From a virus (lineage: Duplodnaviria; Heunggongvirae; Uroviricota; Caudoviricetes), in the IMG/VR virus record IMGVR_UViG_3300022218_000001, positions 71,179 to 108,753 of that record: 37,575 nt of DNA; one strand, given 5' to 3'. The notes under the pieces were generated by a model that was given only the letters and a program-made list of their open reading frames with translations, was not told the DNA's origin and searched no databases. A program made the position numbers and the translations under genes. Positions 17,048-25,608 of the stretch are shown piece by piece (positions within the stretch are counted from its first letter, which is position 1; every line of letters starts with the position of its first letter).

Positions 17048-18398
17048 ACTAAAAGCCGGGGCTGGCCACATAGACATGCTGATCGACGATACAGGGCAGC
17101 GGCCAAAAGTCTCTGTTGTCCTTGGTGTTCGAAATGAGTACCCAGTCATTCTCGGGACAATGTTCAGCTTTATTGATGAGCTTGAATTCTGGGGTTATCC
17201 GTGGGAACTTATCGTAGTCGACAACATGGGGACTGATGACACTCGGCATATTCTTCGGGACAAGTTTCGACGCTGGATCCGAGAGGACCGGCTGAAAGTC
17301 CTCGAGTACGATGACAGAGGTGCTAATGTAACAGTCAGGAATATCGGAGCGCGAGCAGCTACCGGGGATGTTGTCTTCCTCTCAGATGGGCATAACGCCG
17401 TGGCTACAGGCACTTGTCATGGGATGATCCAGGGCTGGCTGAAGCGTGGCGGCCTGTGGCATTCAGCCATCCATATTTGGGGTGACACCAGAGATATCCG
17501 TTGCTATGGGTATACCTTGAGACTCAAGGAACGCTTTTGGGGGAATCTTTCTAGGGGTGTGCCAAAGGAGATCGCCGTCCAGCCAGATGCCACGTATTCA
17601 GCGCCTCGTGTCCCTTTCTATCGAGTCCCAATGGCAAGCCATTGCGCCCTCATGGCCGGGCGTGAAGAATATCTTGATTTCAGGGGCTATTGCGAAGAAT
17701 TCAAGTGCTACGGGGGTGGTGAGCCATACCTCGATATGCTCTGGTGGCTGTTGGGCAAGGAAGTCTGGATCTTCGGCCAAGGGCTCATACGGCATGCCTT
17801 TGGCGTAAACCCGCGCTGGGATGAGCAAAAGAGGCCAGCGCGCATCGAGGATTGGCCAAAGCGCGGTTCGAAGCAGGTGCTCCCTGCCATCGAGGAGCTG
17901 TTCAATAATCCAGAAAAAAGCAAGGTTCGGGGACTTTTGAAAAAATGTCCGGAAAGATGTCACCCGTTGATCCGTGGCTTGATGAAAGACGACAACCTCG
18001 AAATAGACGAAAAAATAGAAGAAGTAAAAAAACAAATCCCAAAGCGAGTCCGCTCCCATGTCTACCACCGCGACGGACACACGAGTGCCGACCTTCATCC
18101 GGGAGATGAGTACCTGCGCTATTCTCGTGGGTACAGTTGGACAAATGACCAATTTCAATTCAACTTCATGCTTTCAGCCTACTGCATAGGGGGCTACGAC
18201 TGGCTCCAGCAAAGATACGAAGTCTATTACCAGGACCGCAAAGGCAACAAAAAGTACGTAGAGGACTTACAGAAGATGCGTCAAGAGGTTTTGCGAGTTG
18301 GGGCTCCTTGGCGAAAATTCATCCAAGAACGACAAATTATGACGCTTGATGAACTTCTGGAACGTAAGCCCTGGGAGAAGTACGACGATCTGGTATAA
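17037..18398 (+). CDS. GT-A glycosyltransferase (GT2/GT27-like) with polypeptide GalNAc-transferase-like motifs
   Basis: VSVVLGVRNE, LIVVDN, RNIGARAATGDVVFLSDGH (DxH), PMASHCALMAGREEY, YGGGEPYLDMLWW and IRHAF. Confidence 0.8.
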   Translation: MTDRLKAGAGHIDMLIDDTGQRPKVSVVLGVRNEYPVILGTMFSFIDELEFWGYPWELIVVDNMGTDDTRHILRDKFRRWIREDRLKVLEYDDRGANVTVRNIGARAATGDVVFLSDGHNAVATGTCHGMIQGWLKRGGLWHSAIHIWGDTRDIRCYGYTLRLKERFWGNLSRGVPKEIAVQPDATYSAPRVPFYRVPMASHCALMAGREEYLDFRGYCEEFKCYGGGEPYLDMLWWLLGKEVWIFGQGLIRHAFGVNPRWDEQKRPARIEDWPKRGSKQVLPAIEELFNNPEKSKVRGLLKKCPERCHPLIRGLMKDDNLEIDEKIEEVKKQIPKRVRSHVYHRDGHTSADLHPGDEYLRYSRGYSWTNDQFQFNFMLSAYCIGGYDWLQQRYEVYYQDRKGNKKYVEDLQKMRQEVLRVGAPWRKFIQERQIMTLDELLERKPWEKYDDLV

Positions 18399-18500
18399 TC
18401 ACGGCCATCTCCGGCAAGGCGGGATAGAAGGACCCGACCAGAAGAAGTAGAAGAGATCGGGCCTCCCATGTGCCCCGCCTAACTGAAACGGGAGGCTTAA

Positions 18501-18848
18501 ATGGCTAGTATATATTCCATCGTTGGGTGGCGTGCCTGGTATTCAGGCGGCCGAAAGTTTGATAGTGCGACAACGGCCTGGAAGTCTCTGCCCGAGAAGG
18601 GGGTGATAGGGTTCGTCCTCTACCAGAGAGAGAAGCAGCGTCGGCGCATAATGACCGGCGTTACGCTTTACTGGCAGAGCGACGACCTATTCTGCTGCGA
18701 CAACACCGAAGACGCAGACATCCCGGAAGGGCTCGACTCCAGTCGCATCAAGCGTGGCAAGTGGGTCTCCGACGAGGAGTACGGGGCGGCTCAAGAAGAG
18801 ATGCGGGATGCCATGGTCTCCCCAACGAACGAAGAGACCAGAATTTAA
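18501..18848 (+). CDS. Hypothetical Trp/Tyr-rich protein
   Basis: 115 aa with a GGAGG RBS at 18491-18495. Confidence 0.6.
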   Translation: MASIYSIVGWRAWYSGGRKFDSATTAWKSLPEKGVIGFVLYQREKQRRRIMTGVTLYWQSDDLFCCDNTEDADIPEGLDSSRIKRGKWVSDEEYGAAQEEMRDAMVSPTNEETRI

Positions 18849-18860
18849 GGGGAGGCTCTG

Positions 18861-21800
18861 ATGGCAAATCGTCAATTTTACCTTGAGGACGATTATCATC
18901 CAGGATGGGCGCCGGGAACTAACTGGACATACTCCCTCAACCAGTCGCCCGTAGCTGAAAATCCGATTGGCGCGCCTATCACTGGGACTCAGACAGAAAC
19001 AGATTACGCAATCGACACGGCGGCGTGCGGTGAGTCGGACTGGGACGGAACGTGGACAGGGCAAATTGACATCTCGACCGGCGTCAACAAGGTTTACTGC
19101 CGAGTCGGGCTCGTTGCCTTTAATTCAAGCATAACAGAAGGGCCGTTCTGGTCCGACGAGGGGCAATTCGAGATTGAGATTGCGCAAGCGTACAGCTTGA
19201 CGTGGACGGGCCTCAACTGGTCGGTCGCCGGCTCGAGCGACTATGTCGCGATGGTCTTCGAGTGGTTTAACGATAACCATGGCGATATGACGATCTATGT
19301 CGACTCGAACGCAACCTATATCATAAGTCCGTGGGCAGGGCCGACAACATCTGCGTCGACTTCGAAGTCTACGACGAGATCAACGACGAAATCGACATCG
19401 CGCTCGACATCGAGATCTTCTTCGGCTTCTTCGACAAGGTCGACATCGGACTCGACGACAAAATCAACGACGAAATCGACATCGAAGTCCACAACCCGGT
19501 CTTCGTCAGCGTCGACGACTCGTTCAACTTCGATGTCTTCGACGAGGTCGACATCAGCAACTACGACACCTGGCCCTTCAGAAGAATTCATCCTTATTCG
19601 TGACAGCCAGTCTATCTCTACGATTGACGGTGACGGGGCAGAAGTTACAGTCACGCTGTCCGGTACATACCCGAACTCGAACCTGAAAGTCGGGCAGCGA
19701 ATCCGCATTTCCGGGACGACGAACTACAATGGTGTTCACGTCATTACTCAGGTTGACAGCCAGTCCCAGTTTCGTTATGCGGACACTCCTACCCCACTCG
19801 AAAATGTCGGGACCGCTGGTGGGCACTATACCAACCTCTATGACTTTGAGGTTAGTGAGCGCGAAGATCTGACATCGTCAAACAAGATCAAAGTTGCTGA
19901 GATCTATGACGATTTCCCAGGCGGCATCAGGCATTTGGCGCAGGTCGAATTTGACGATGCAAACTGGACAACGGACGCAACTCGATACATCAAAATTGAT
20001 GTTCCAAGAGCAGAGCGAGGTCAACTTGGCCGAGCATACAACACTGGCCCATGGATGTTCTGGGAGGGGGTAACTTTTCCCGGTGGGCATGAAAACGGTT
20101 GCATCCAGCTTTCATCCGCTCTTGATTTTGAGGCCTATGGGATTGAGATTGACGGTTCTGCGAGAACTGATGCAAACAACGCGAAGCGCCTCTTCCAGGT
20201 CTGGAGCACAACGGCTGGCGGGGGGTCCTGTTATCTTCGAGATTGTGTCTTTCATTCAAACGATGAAGATGCAGGGAACGCCGGCGACGGGGTAGACATC
20301 GACGCTGGAACAGCGGCTGGCTATGTCTTCATCGCAGAGAACTGCATTTCCGCATCTGGTACCGATGACGCCTGGAGCTTCTCTGTAGACAACGGCGGGA
20401 CTTTCGACTCTTCATCCTATTGCCACAATTGCATTGCTTACGATTATAATGGCAATGCAACGCCTCAAGGCTGGCATGGGATAACAGATGAAAACGTTAT
20501 TGACATCCGGAACTGCTACTCTGGTAGCAATGGCGGTGCAGACTATGAGGGCAGTGGGACTATGTGGGGGACGGCGGAGAATAATATCTCGGCCGACACC
20601 ACCGCTACGAACATTGGGTCAGGGACGAACAGTATCGCAGCAGCGGATGTTTTTACCGATCCTGCGAATGGCGATTTCACTCCGCTTGCTTACACAGATG
20701 GCCCCAGTGCGAATCCACTTTTTAACGCTGGTACGCCCAATGGTGATACGTTAACAGACATCGATGGAACACCGTGGGGGACCGACATTGATGTTGGAGT
20801 TTTTGCTACACCGGAGTTCCAAGGAACCTCTGCCTCCACTACACGCTCATCCTCTGCATCTACGACGCGCTCGACATCAGCTTCGGCCACAGCCTCAAGT
20901 GCATCATCTTCTCAGTCCACGACACGTTCATCTTCTGCGTCTTCAACGAGATCGACATCTGCCAGTACGACTATTACAGATCCTCCGTTCTTCGAAGATA
21001 CCGATTGGAATATGGAGGAGATCGACAATGGCGATCTCTCTAGTGGTGGGACTCAGCACACAGAAAGCTCTGGCCTCTGTTACGCCAGAGACCGTGATTG
21101 CATTGTCAGTGTTTCTGACGATCTATCAATCCGGGAGTTTGAACGCATTGGATTCACTCCCGTAGGTGATGCTGTCGCCCTTGGAAATGGGATGCTGGAC
21201 ACCGAGGGTATTGTTTATATCGGAGATTGGTTTACAGACTTCGATTTTGCAATACTCGACGAGGGCGCGAACGGAGGGGCCTTTACTCGCATCCATTTAG
21301 TTCCATTTGCACCTGGCCAGACAACCACCCCAACTGGCGTCGTTACGCATGTCCTCAGAAAGATTCCAAGGCACTCTGGGACCTATGGTGGGGAGGGCTG
21401 TGAAGGGCTGGCCTATGACCCTGAACGCGATCTGTTCTATGTCTCCAATCAGGCAGACACAGAAGCGGACGCTGGGATGTGGGAAGTTGATCTCAATACT
21501 ACAGACACCGATGGCGACCCAACGCAGACGTTTCTTTACTCATGGACGGGTGCTGGGGTTGTAAACGGGGGTGCCCCATCGCCAGCAAGTCCAGTGGCGC
21601 TTTCTGACCTGTTTCATGGCTCGCAGCTTGGCGATGCACATCCACGGTCTCCGTTTAATCGGTCGCTCTTTCTTCTGACACGAGACGGCAGTGCATCTCA
21701 GCGCATTGTGATGCAGCTCGATGTTCTTTCAGGTATCATCCTTTCTGTCTTTCAGCATGGAGAAGCGGATCAGGTCGAGGGTCTTTGCTTCGATAATTTG

Positions 21801-23600
21801 TCGACTCGTGGCGACATGTTCCTTTCCAAGGAGCAGCTATCTGGCGGCACCCCTAATGTTTTTAGGTATTCTGTTCTTGGTGGAGCAGCGACAAGCTCAA
21901 TGTCGACTTCTCGTTCCACCTCTAACTCTACTACCAGGTCCACCAGTGCCACCCAGGTAACGTCAGCATCAACGACGAGGTCTACATCTATGTCCTCGTC
22001 GGCTTCGACGACCAGATCTTCGTCGGTTTCGACGACTCGGTCCTCGTCGGTTTCGACCACCAGGTCGACCACAAAATCAACGACTCGAAGCTCGTCCGTT
22101 TCGACCACAAAGTCGACCACAAAATCGACGACTCGCAGTTCCTCTGTCTCAACGACAAAATCGACGACTCGGTCCTCGTCGGTTTCGACCACCAGGTCGA
22201 CCACCAAATCGACGACTCGGTCCTCGTCGGTTTCGACCACAAAATCGACTACGAAGTCGACGACTCGCAGTTCCTCTGTCTCAACGACAAAATCGACGAC
22301 TCGGTCCTCGTCGGTTTCGACCACCAGGTCGACCACCAAATCGACGACTCGAAGCTCGTCCGTTTCGACCACAAAGTCGACCACAAAGTCGACGACTCGC
22401 AGTTCCTCTGTCTCAACGACAAAATCGACGACTCGGTCCTCGTCGGTTTCAACCACCAGGTCGACCACGAAGTCAACTACTCGCAGCTCGTCTGTTTCGA
22501 CGACTCGCTCTACGTCTAAATCGACGACTCGCAGTTCGTCAGTTTCAACAACAAAGAGTACATCTCATTCGAGTTCTGTCTCGACTACCCGCAGCACATC
22601 TGCCACGGCATCCGCCTCATCTGCTTCATCGTCGCTTTCAACTACTCGCAGCTCATCGGTTTCAACAACCCGATCCAGCTCGGTTTCGACAACAAAGTCA
22701 ACTACGAAGAGCACTACGAAATCGACAACGAAGTCGACCACACGTAGCTCAAGTGCTTCAACAACAAGGTCAACATCTGCGTCGTCTACCCGCAGCTCCT
22801 CCGTCTCAACGACAAAGTCTACGAGCAAAAGCACGACGAAAAGCTCCTCTGTTTCCACAACACGAAGCTCTTCAGTCTCGACCACCAAATCAACGACGAA
22901 ATCAACGACGCGGTCCTCGTCAGCTTCCACCACCCGTAGCTCTTCTGCTTCAACAACAAAGACAACAACGAAGAGTACGACTCGGTCCAGCTCGGCCTCG
23001 ACGACCCGCAGCTCCAGCGTGTCTACGACTAGGAGCAGTTCTGTCACAAGGTCTGCATCATCGGCCTCTTCATCGCTATCGACAACGAGATCTTCGTCTG
23101 TTTCGACCACTCGCAGCTCATCTGTATCGACAACAAAGTCAACAACGAAGAGCACAACCCGGTCAACATCGAAATCGACGACCCGCAGCTCCAGCGTTTC
23201 TACGACCAAATCAAGCTCGGTTTCATCGACTCGTTCATCGTCCGTCTCTACAACTCGATCTTCGTCAGTTTCCACAACGAAATCGACAACTGCAAGCACG
23301 ACGAGGTCGTCATCTCTATCGTCTACAAAGTCCAGCTCTGTTTCCTCGACAAAGTCTACGACCAAGTCCACAACACGCAGCTCGTCGCTGTCATCTACAA
23401 AGTCAACGACACGCAGCTCCTCTGTATCTACAACAAAGTCCTCCTCTCTTTCCTCGACTCGATCAACATCGATGTCTACTCCGATACCACCAGAGGGGGC
23501 GTTTTCTTTAATCCTCGATGACATTTCAAATGAACTGACGCTTGAGGATGTGTCAGTCGAACTAACCCTTGACGTTATTTCCTCAACGGAGGTGAATTGA
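18861..23600 (+). CDS. Giant multidomain Ser/Thr-rich (mucin-like) protein, putative virion fibre or decoration protein
   Basis: 1579 aa with a GGAGG RBS and no signal peptide. Layout: beta-rich N-domain, S/T linker, beta-helix-like domain ending TDIDGTPW..DVGVF, S/T linker, SdiA-regulated/YjiK-like propeller, 530-aa S/T tract, 39-aa acidic tail. Confidence 0.8.
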   Translation: MANRQFYLEDDYHPGWAPGTNWTYSLNQSPVAENPIGAPITGTQTETDYAIDTAACGESDWDGTWTGQIDISTGVNKVYCRVGLVAFNSSITEGPFWSDEGQFEIEIAQAYSLTWTGLNWSVAGSSDYVAMVFEWFNDNHGDMTIYVDSNATYIISPWAGPTTSASTSKSTTRSTTKSTSRSTSRSSSASSTRSTSDSTTKSTTKSTSKSTTRSSSASTTRSTSMSSTRSTSATTTPGPSEEFILIRDSQSISTIDGDGAEVTVTLSGTYPNSNLKVGQRIRISGTTNYNGVHVITQVDSQSQFRYADTPTPLENVGTAGGHYTNLYDFEVSEREDLTSSNKIKVAEIYDDFPGGIRHLAQVEFDDANWTTDATRYIKIDVPRAERGQLGRAYNTGPWMFWEGVTFPGGHENGCIQLSSALDFEAYGIEIDGSARTDANNAKRLFQVWSTTAGGGSCYLRDCVFHSNDEDAGNAGDGVDIDAGTAAGYVFIAENCISASGTDDAWSFSVDNGGTFDSSSYCHNCIAYDYNGNATPQGWHGITDENVIDIRNCYSGSNGGADYEGSGTMWGTAENNISADTTATNIGSGTNSIAAADVFTDPANGDFTPLAYTDGPSANPLFNAGTPNGDTLTDIDGTPWGTDIDVGVFATPEFQGTSASTTRSSSASTTRSTSASATASSASSSQSTTRSSSASSTRSTSASTTITDPPFFEDTDWNMEEIDNGDLSSGGTQHTESSGLCYARDRDCIVSVSDDLSIREFERIGFTPVGDAVALGNGMLDTEGIVYIGDWFTDFDFAILDEGANGGAFTRIHLVPFAPGQTTTPTGVVTHVLRKIPRHSGTYGGEGCEGLAYDPERDLFYVSNQADTEADAGMWEVDLNTTDTDGDPTQTFLYSWTGAGVVNGGAPSPASPVALSDLFHGSQLGDAHPRSPFNRSLFLLTRDGSASQRIVMQLDVLSGIILSVFQHGEADQVEGLCFDNLSTRGDMFLSKEQLSGGTPNVFRYSVLGGAATSSMSTSRSTSNSTTRSTSATQVTSASTTRSTSMSSSASTTRSSSVSTTRSSSVSTTRSTTKSTTRSSSVSTTKSTTKSTTRSSSVSTTKSTTRSSSVSTTRSTTKSTTRSSSVSTTKSTTKSTTRSSSVSTTKSTTRSSSVSTTRSTTKSTTRSSSVSTTKSTTKSTTRSSSVSTTKSTTRSSSVSTTRSTTKSTTRSSSVSTTRSTSKSTTRSSSVSTTKSTSHSSSVSTTRSTSATASASSASSSLSTTRSSSVSTTRSSSVSTTKSTTKSTTKSTTKSTTRSSSASTTRSTSASSTRSSSVSTTKSTSKSTTKSSSVSTTRSSSVSTTKSTTKSTTRSSSASTTRSSSASTTKTTTKSTTRSSSASTTRSSSVSTTRSSSVTRSASSASSSLSTTRSSSVSTTRSSSVSTTKSTTKSTTRSTSKSTTRSSSVSTTKSSSVSSTRSSSVSTTRSSSVSTTKSTTASTTRSSSLSSTKSSSVSSTKSTTKSTTRSSSLSSTKSTTRSSSVSTTKSSSLSSTRSTSMSTPIPPEGAFSLILDDISNELTLEDVSVELTLDVISSTEVN
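19341..19580 (+). repeat. Ser/Thr low-complexity tract 1 (80 aa)
   Basis: STTKSTTRSS-type tetrapeptide modules. Confidence 0.9.
20826..20978 (+). repeat. Ser/Thr low-complexity tract 2 (51 aa)
   Basis: TSASTTRSSSASTTRSTS... Confidence 0.9.
21891..23480 (+). repeat. Ser/Thr low-complexity tract 3 (530 aa), including a 132-bp tandem repeat
   Basis: Modules STTK/STTR/SSSV/SSSA. Near-identical 132-bp units start at 22038, 22170 and 22302, with a partial copy at 22434. Confidence 0.95.
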
Positions 23601-23962
23601 TGAGTAGAGAGATCAAGCAATGCTTGAAGTTCAACGTTGACACGATCGTCATTCGAAAGTTTCGTGTCAGAGACTTAAACAAATCGACGGCTTTCGTATT
23701 GGCGTCTGGCACCTGGAGTCTAAAGCGGCGCCCTACTGGAATTGAAATTGGTACAGGCTCCGTTGCTGTGAACAATGCCGATGTCGATCAGTATGGGAAT
23801 ACAATTTCGACGGTCTCAATGACCATTAATCTGCGCAACACTGATACTTTCGAGAAGGGCTCGTACTATCTGGTTATCGAAACGGTGCTTGCGACTCAAC
23901 AAACAGACTACTTCCGCATTCCGGTTGAGTTGGTTGATTATAGAGAGAAGGAGGCTGCCTAA
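23600..23962 (+). CDS. Hypothetical beta-rich structural protein (possible Ig-like/BppU-like adaptor)
   Basis: TGATG-coupled to the giant gene, with an alternating beta-strand pattern. The fold call is a guess. Confidence 0.45.
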   Translation: MSREIKQCLKFNVDTIVIRKFRVRDLNKSTAFVLASGTWSLKRRPTGIEIGTGSVAVNNADVDQYGNTISTVSMTINLRNTDTFEKGSYYLVIETVLATQQTDYFRIPVELVDYREKEAA

Positions 23963-23963
23963 A

Positions 23964-24362
23964 ATGGGAGTGTTTATTGATGCTGAAAAACTGAAGGCTC
24001 GCTGTCGTCTCGATGAAATTAAGGAGATGGACAGTGAAGATATCGAGGATCTCCTTATCCGGGTGGCAGAAGCTCGGTTGGAGGAAGCTTTCGATCTTGA
24101 TTTAAATACAGACGCAGACCCCCGGAACTGGGCAGCTCACTTTGAGTCGTATCCAAACAAACGAACCGAGTTCCAAAGGGATATGGCGATCTGCGTCATT
24201 CTCATGGCAGACCGGATTGAATCAAACCCGCATCAACATGGGATGCAAGCTGTCAGAGGCTCCACGGTTACATTCGGACCAAGAATGCCGCAAGGGGTGA
24301 CATCGATCATGAGAAGATGGGGCGGAAGCGCAGGGAAGACTGGACGAATTGTTCGTACGTAG
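23964..24362 (+). CDS. Putative head-tail connector (adaptor, gp15/gp6-like)
   Basis: AGGAGG RBS and ~132 aa, helical (DAEKLK...IEDLLIRVAEARLE...ICVILMA). It lies just before the neck genes. Confidence 0.55.
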   Translation: MGVFIDAEKLKARCRLDEIKEMDSEDIEDLLIRVAEARLEEAFDLDLNTDADPRNWAAHFESYPNKRTEFQRDMAICVILMADRIESNPHQHGMQAVRGSTVTFGPRMPQGVTSIMRRWGGSAGKTGRIVRT

Positions 24363-24376
24363 AAAGAAGGTAGCCG

Positions 24377-25573
24377 GTGGCAATCTCTATACGAGAAGAG
24401 GAGATCCAACGACTCGTCCGGTTCTACAGGACCGCAATTGAGGACATCGCCAAGATCGTCGCGACCGTCGATTTTGAGCGGCCAAGAATGTTCCAACAGG
24501 TCCAGGCGGCACTTCTGATCTTAGAGGAGCTGGACGAACGCACAGCGCGATGGGCAAGGAGAAACATCGCCGCTCTCTACCGTTCTGCCTCCGAAGAGGC
24601 TCAGAGGGATATTCGCCTTCTTGGGCTGGCGATAAGAGACCCGAGCCGGACTGCTACATACGGGCTCATCAATGACCAGGCCATTCGAGTTTTACTTTTG
24701 GACCCACAAGTTGGCTTTCTGTCGAACATGGGTGAGGTGACGCAGCAAATAAGAAATAGATGGCGAAGCATCCAATCCATGGCGAAGCGTTTAATCCAGC
24801 ATCAAAGATTCTTTGATGAAGGGATCGCCCGCATTGGCTTCCTTGAGGGTCGAGGCGTGTCTGAGATCCGAGATCGCATTGTGGATGAAATGTCCAGCTT
24901 GAAGAATGTCTCAGATCTTGAATTTACTCCCAGGGCTCGGCGATTACCGCCGACAGAAATCATACGACAAGTCGCCGATTTACCTGTGGTCAAGGTCCCT
25001 GCCCCCAACACCGCAGCCGGAGTCCGAAACATCCGTGCCGACGTCTATGCTGAGATGCTAGCCAGGACAAAGACATCGCAAGCGGCCAATCTTGCTCGGA
25101 GGAACCGGGCTCTCCAGCATGGTCAATCTCTCATGCAGGTATCTAAGAATCTACCACTCCAAAATGATGCCTGTTCTCTGTACCTTGGGAAGGCGTTTGC
25201 CCTTACAGAAGAGGCCAAGGTAGAATGGGGTATTCCACTTGTGAGTGAGCTGCCAAATGGCGGAGCCCCATTTCATCCAAATTGTACGCACCAGGAGATT
25301 TTATTTGTGCCAGAGTTCAGACATGAAGTGGAGGTTGAGCTTGCAATCGTTCCGCCGCCGGCTTGGGCTTTGAACCGTCCCTGGGGGGCAATCCAAAAGG
25401 AGTACAGAAAACGTGGTGGGTTTGCCAATTTTGCTAAATTCAACGCTGCTGGAGCTGCTATGGCTCGAGGCACTGGTGGCAGAGTGAGGCGAGGAAATGT
25501 TGAAGGTGACGAATTTACAGCAATCGAACCAAATGAGCCACAAACTCCACGTAAACGGAGACGCCGCAGATAA
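24377..25573 (+). CDS. Phage minor capsid/head morphogenesis protein (SPP1 gp7/Mu gpF-like)
   Basis: YAEMLARTKTSQAAN...QVS...DACSLYLGK...PFHPNCTH (HPNC motif). Confidence 0.8.
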   Translation: MAISIREEEIQRLVRFYRTAIEDIAKIVATVDFERPRMFQQVQAALLILEELDERTARWARRNIAALYRSASEEAQRDIRLLGLAIRDPSRTATYGLINDQAIRVLLLDPQVGFLSNMGEVTQQIRNRWRSIQSMAKRLIQHQRFFDEGIARIGFLEGRGVSEIRDRIVDEMSSLKNVSDLEFTPRARRLPPTEIIRQVADLPVVKVPAPNTAAGVRNIRADVYAEMLARTKTSQAANLARRNRALQHGQSLMQVSKNLPLQNDACSLYLGKAFALTEEAKVEWGIPLVSELPNGGAPFHPNCTHQEILFVPEFRHEVEVELAIVPPPAWALNRPWGAIQKEYRKRGGFANFAKFNAAGAAMARGTGGRVRRGNVEGDEFTAIEPNEPQTPRKRRRRR

Positions 25574-25608
25574 AATCGGGTAGAATGCTTCTCAAGGAGT
25601 CAAGCAAA

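Noticed and set aside
64-18398. Ordinary bacterial capsule/O-antigen locus
   Set aside because: There are no Wzx/Wzy/Wzz, ABC exporter or multi-TM initiating transferase genes, and the block is coupled to phage morphogenesis genes.
21891-23480. Possible CRISPR array or iterons (many GTCGAC/TCGAC repeats)
   Set aside because: The repeats are in-frame coding modules with no unique spacers. TCG-AC arises from Ser-Thr codons.
22753-23511. Alternative plus-frame 252-aa Arg/Gln-rich ORF
   Set aside because: It is an off-frame read of the low-complexity tract and has no RBS.
21770-23620. Long minus-strand ORFs (232 and 351 aa, V/D/E/T-rich), also 19316-19708
   Set aside because: They are shadows of the S/T repeat. 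In that antisense frame a stop needs a sense Tyr, His or Gln codon, and the tract has none, so the frame stays open automatically.
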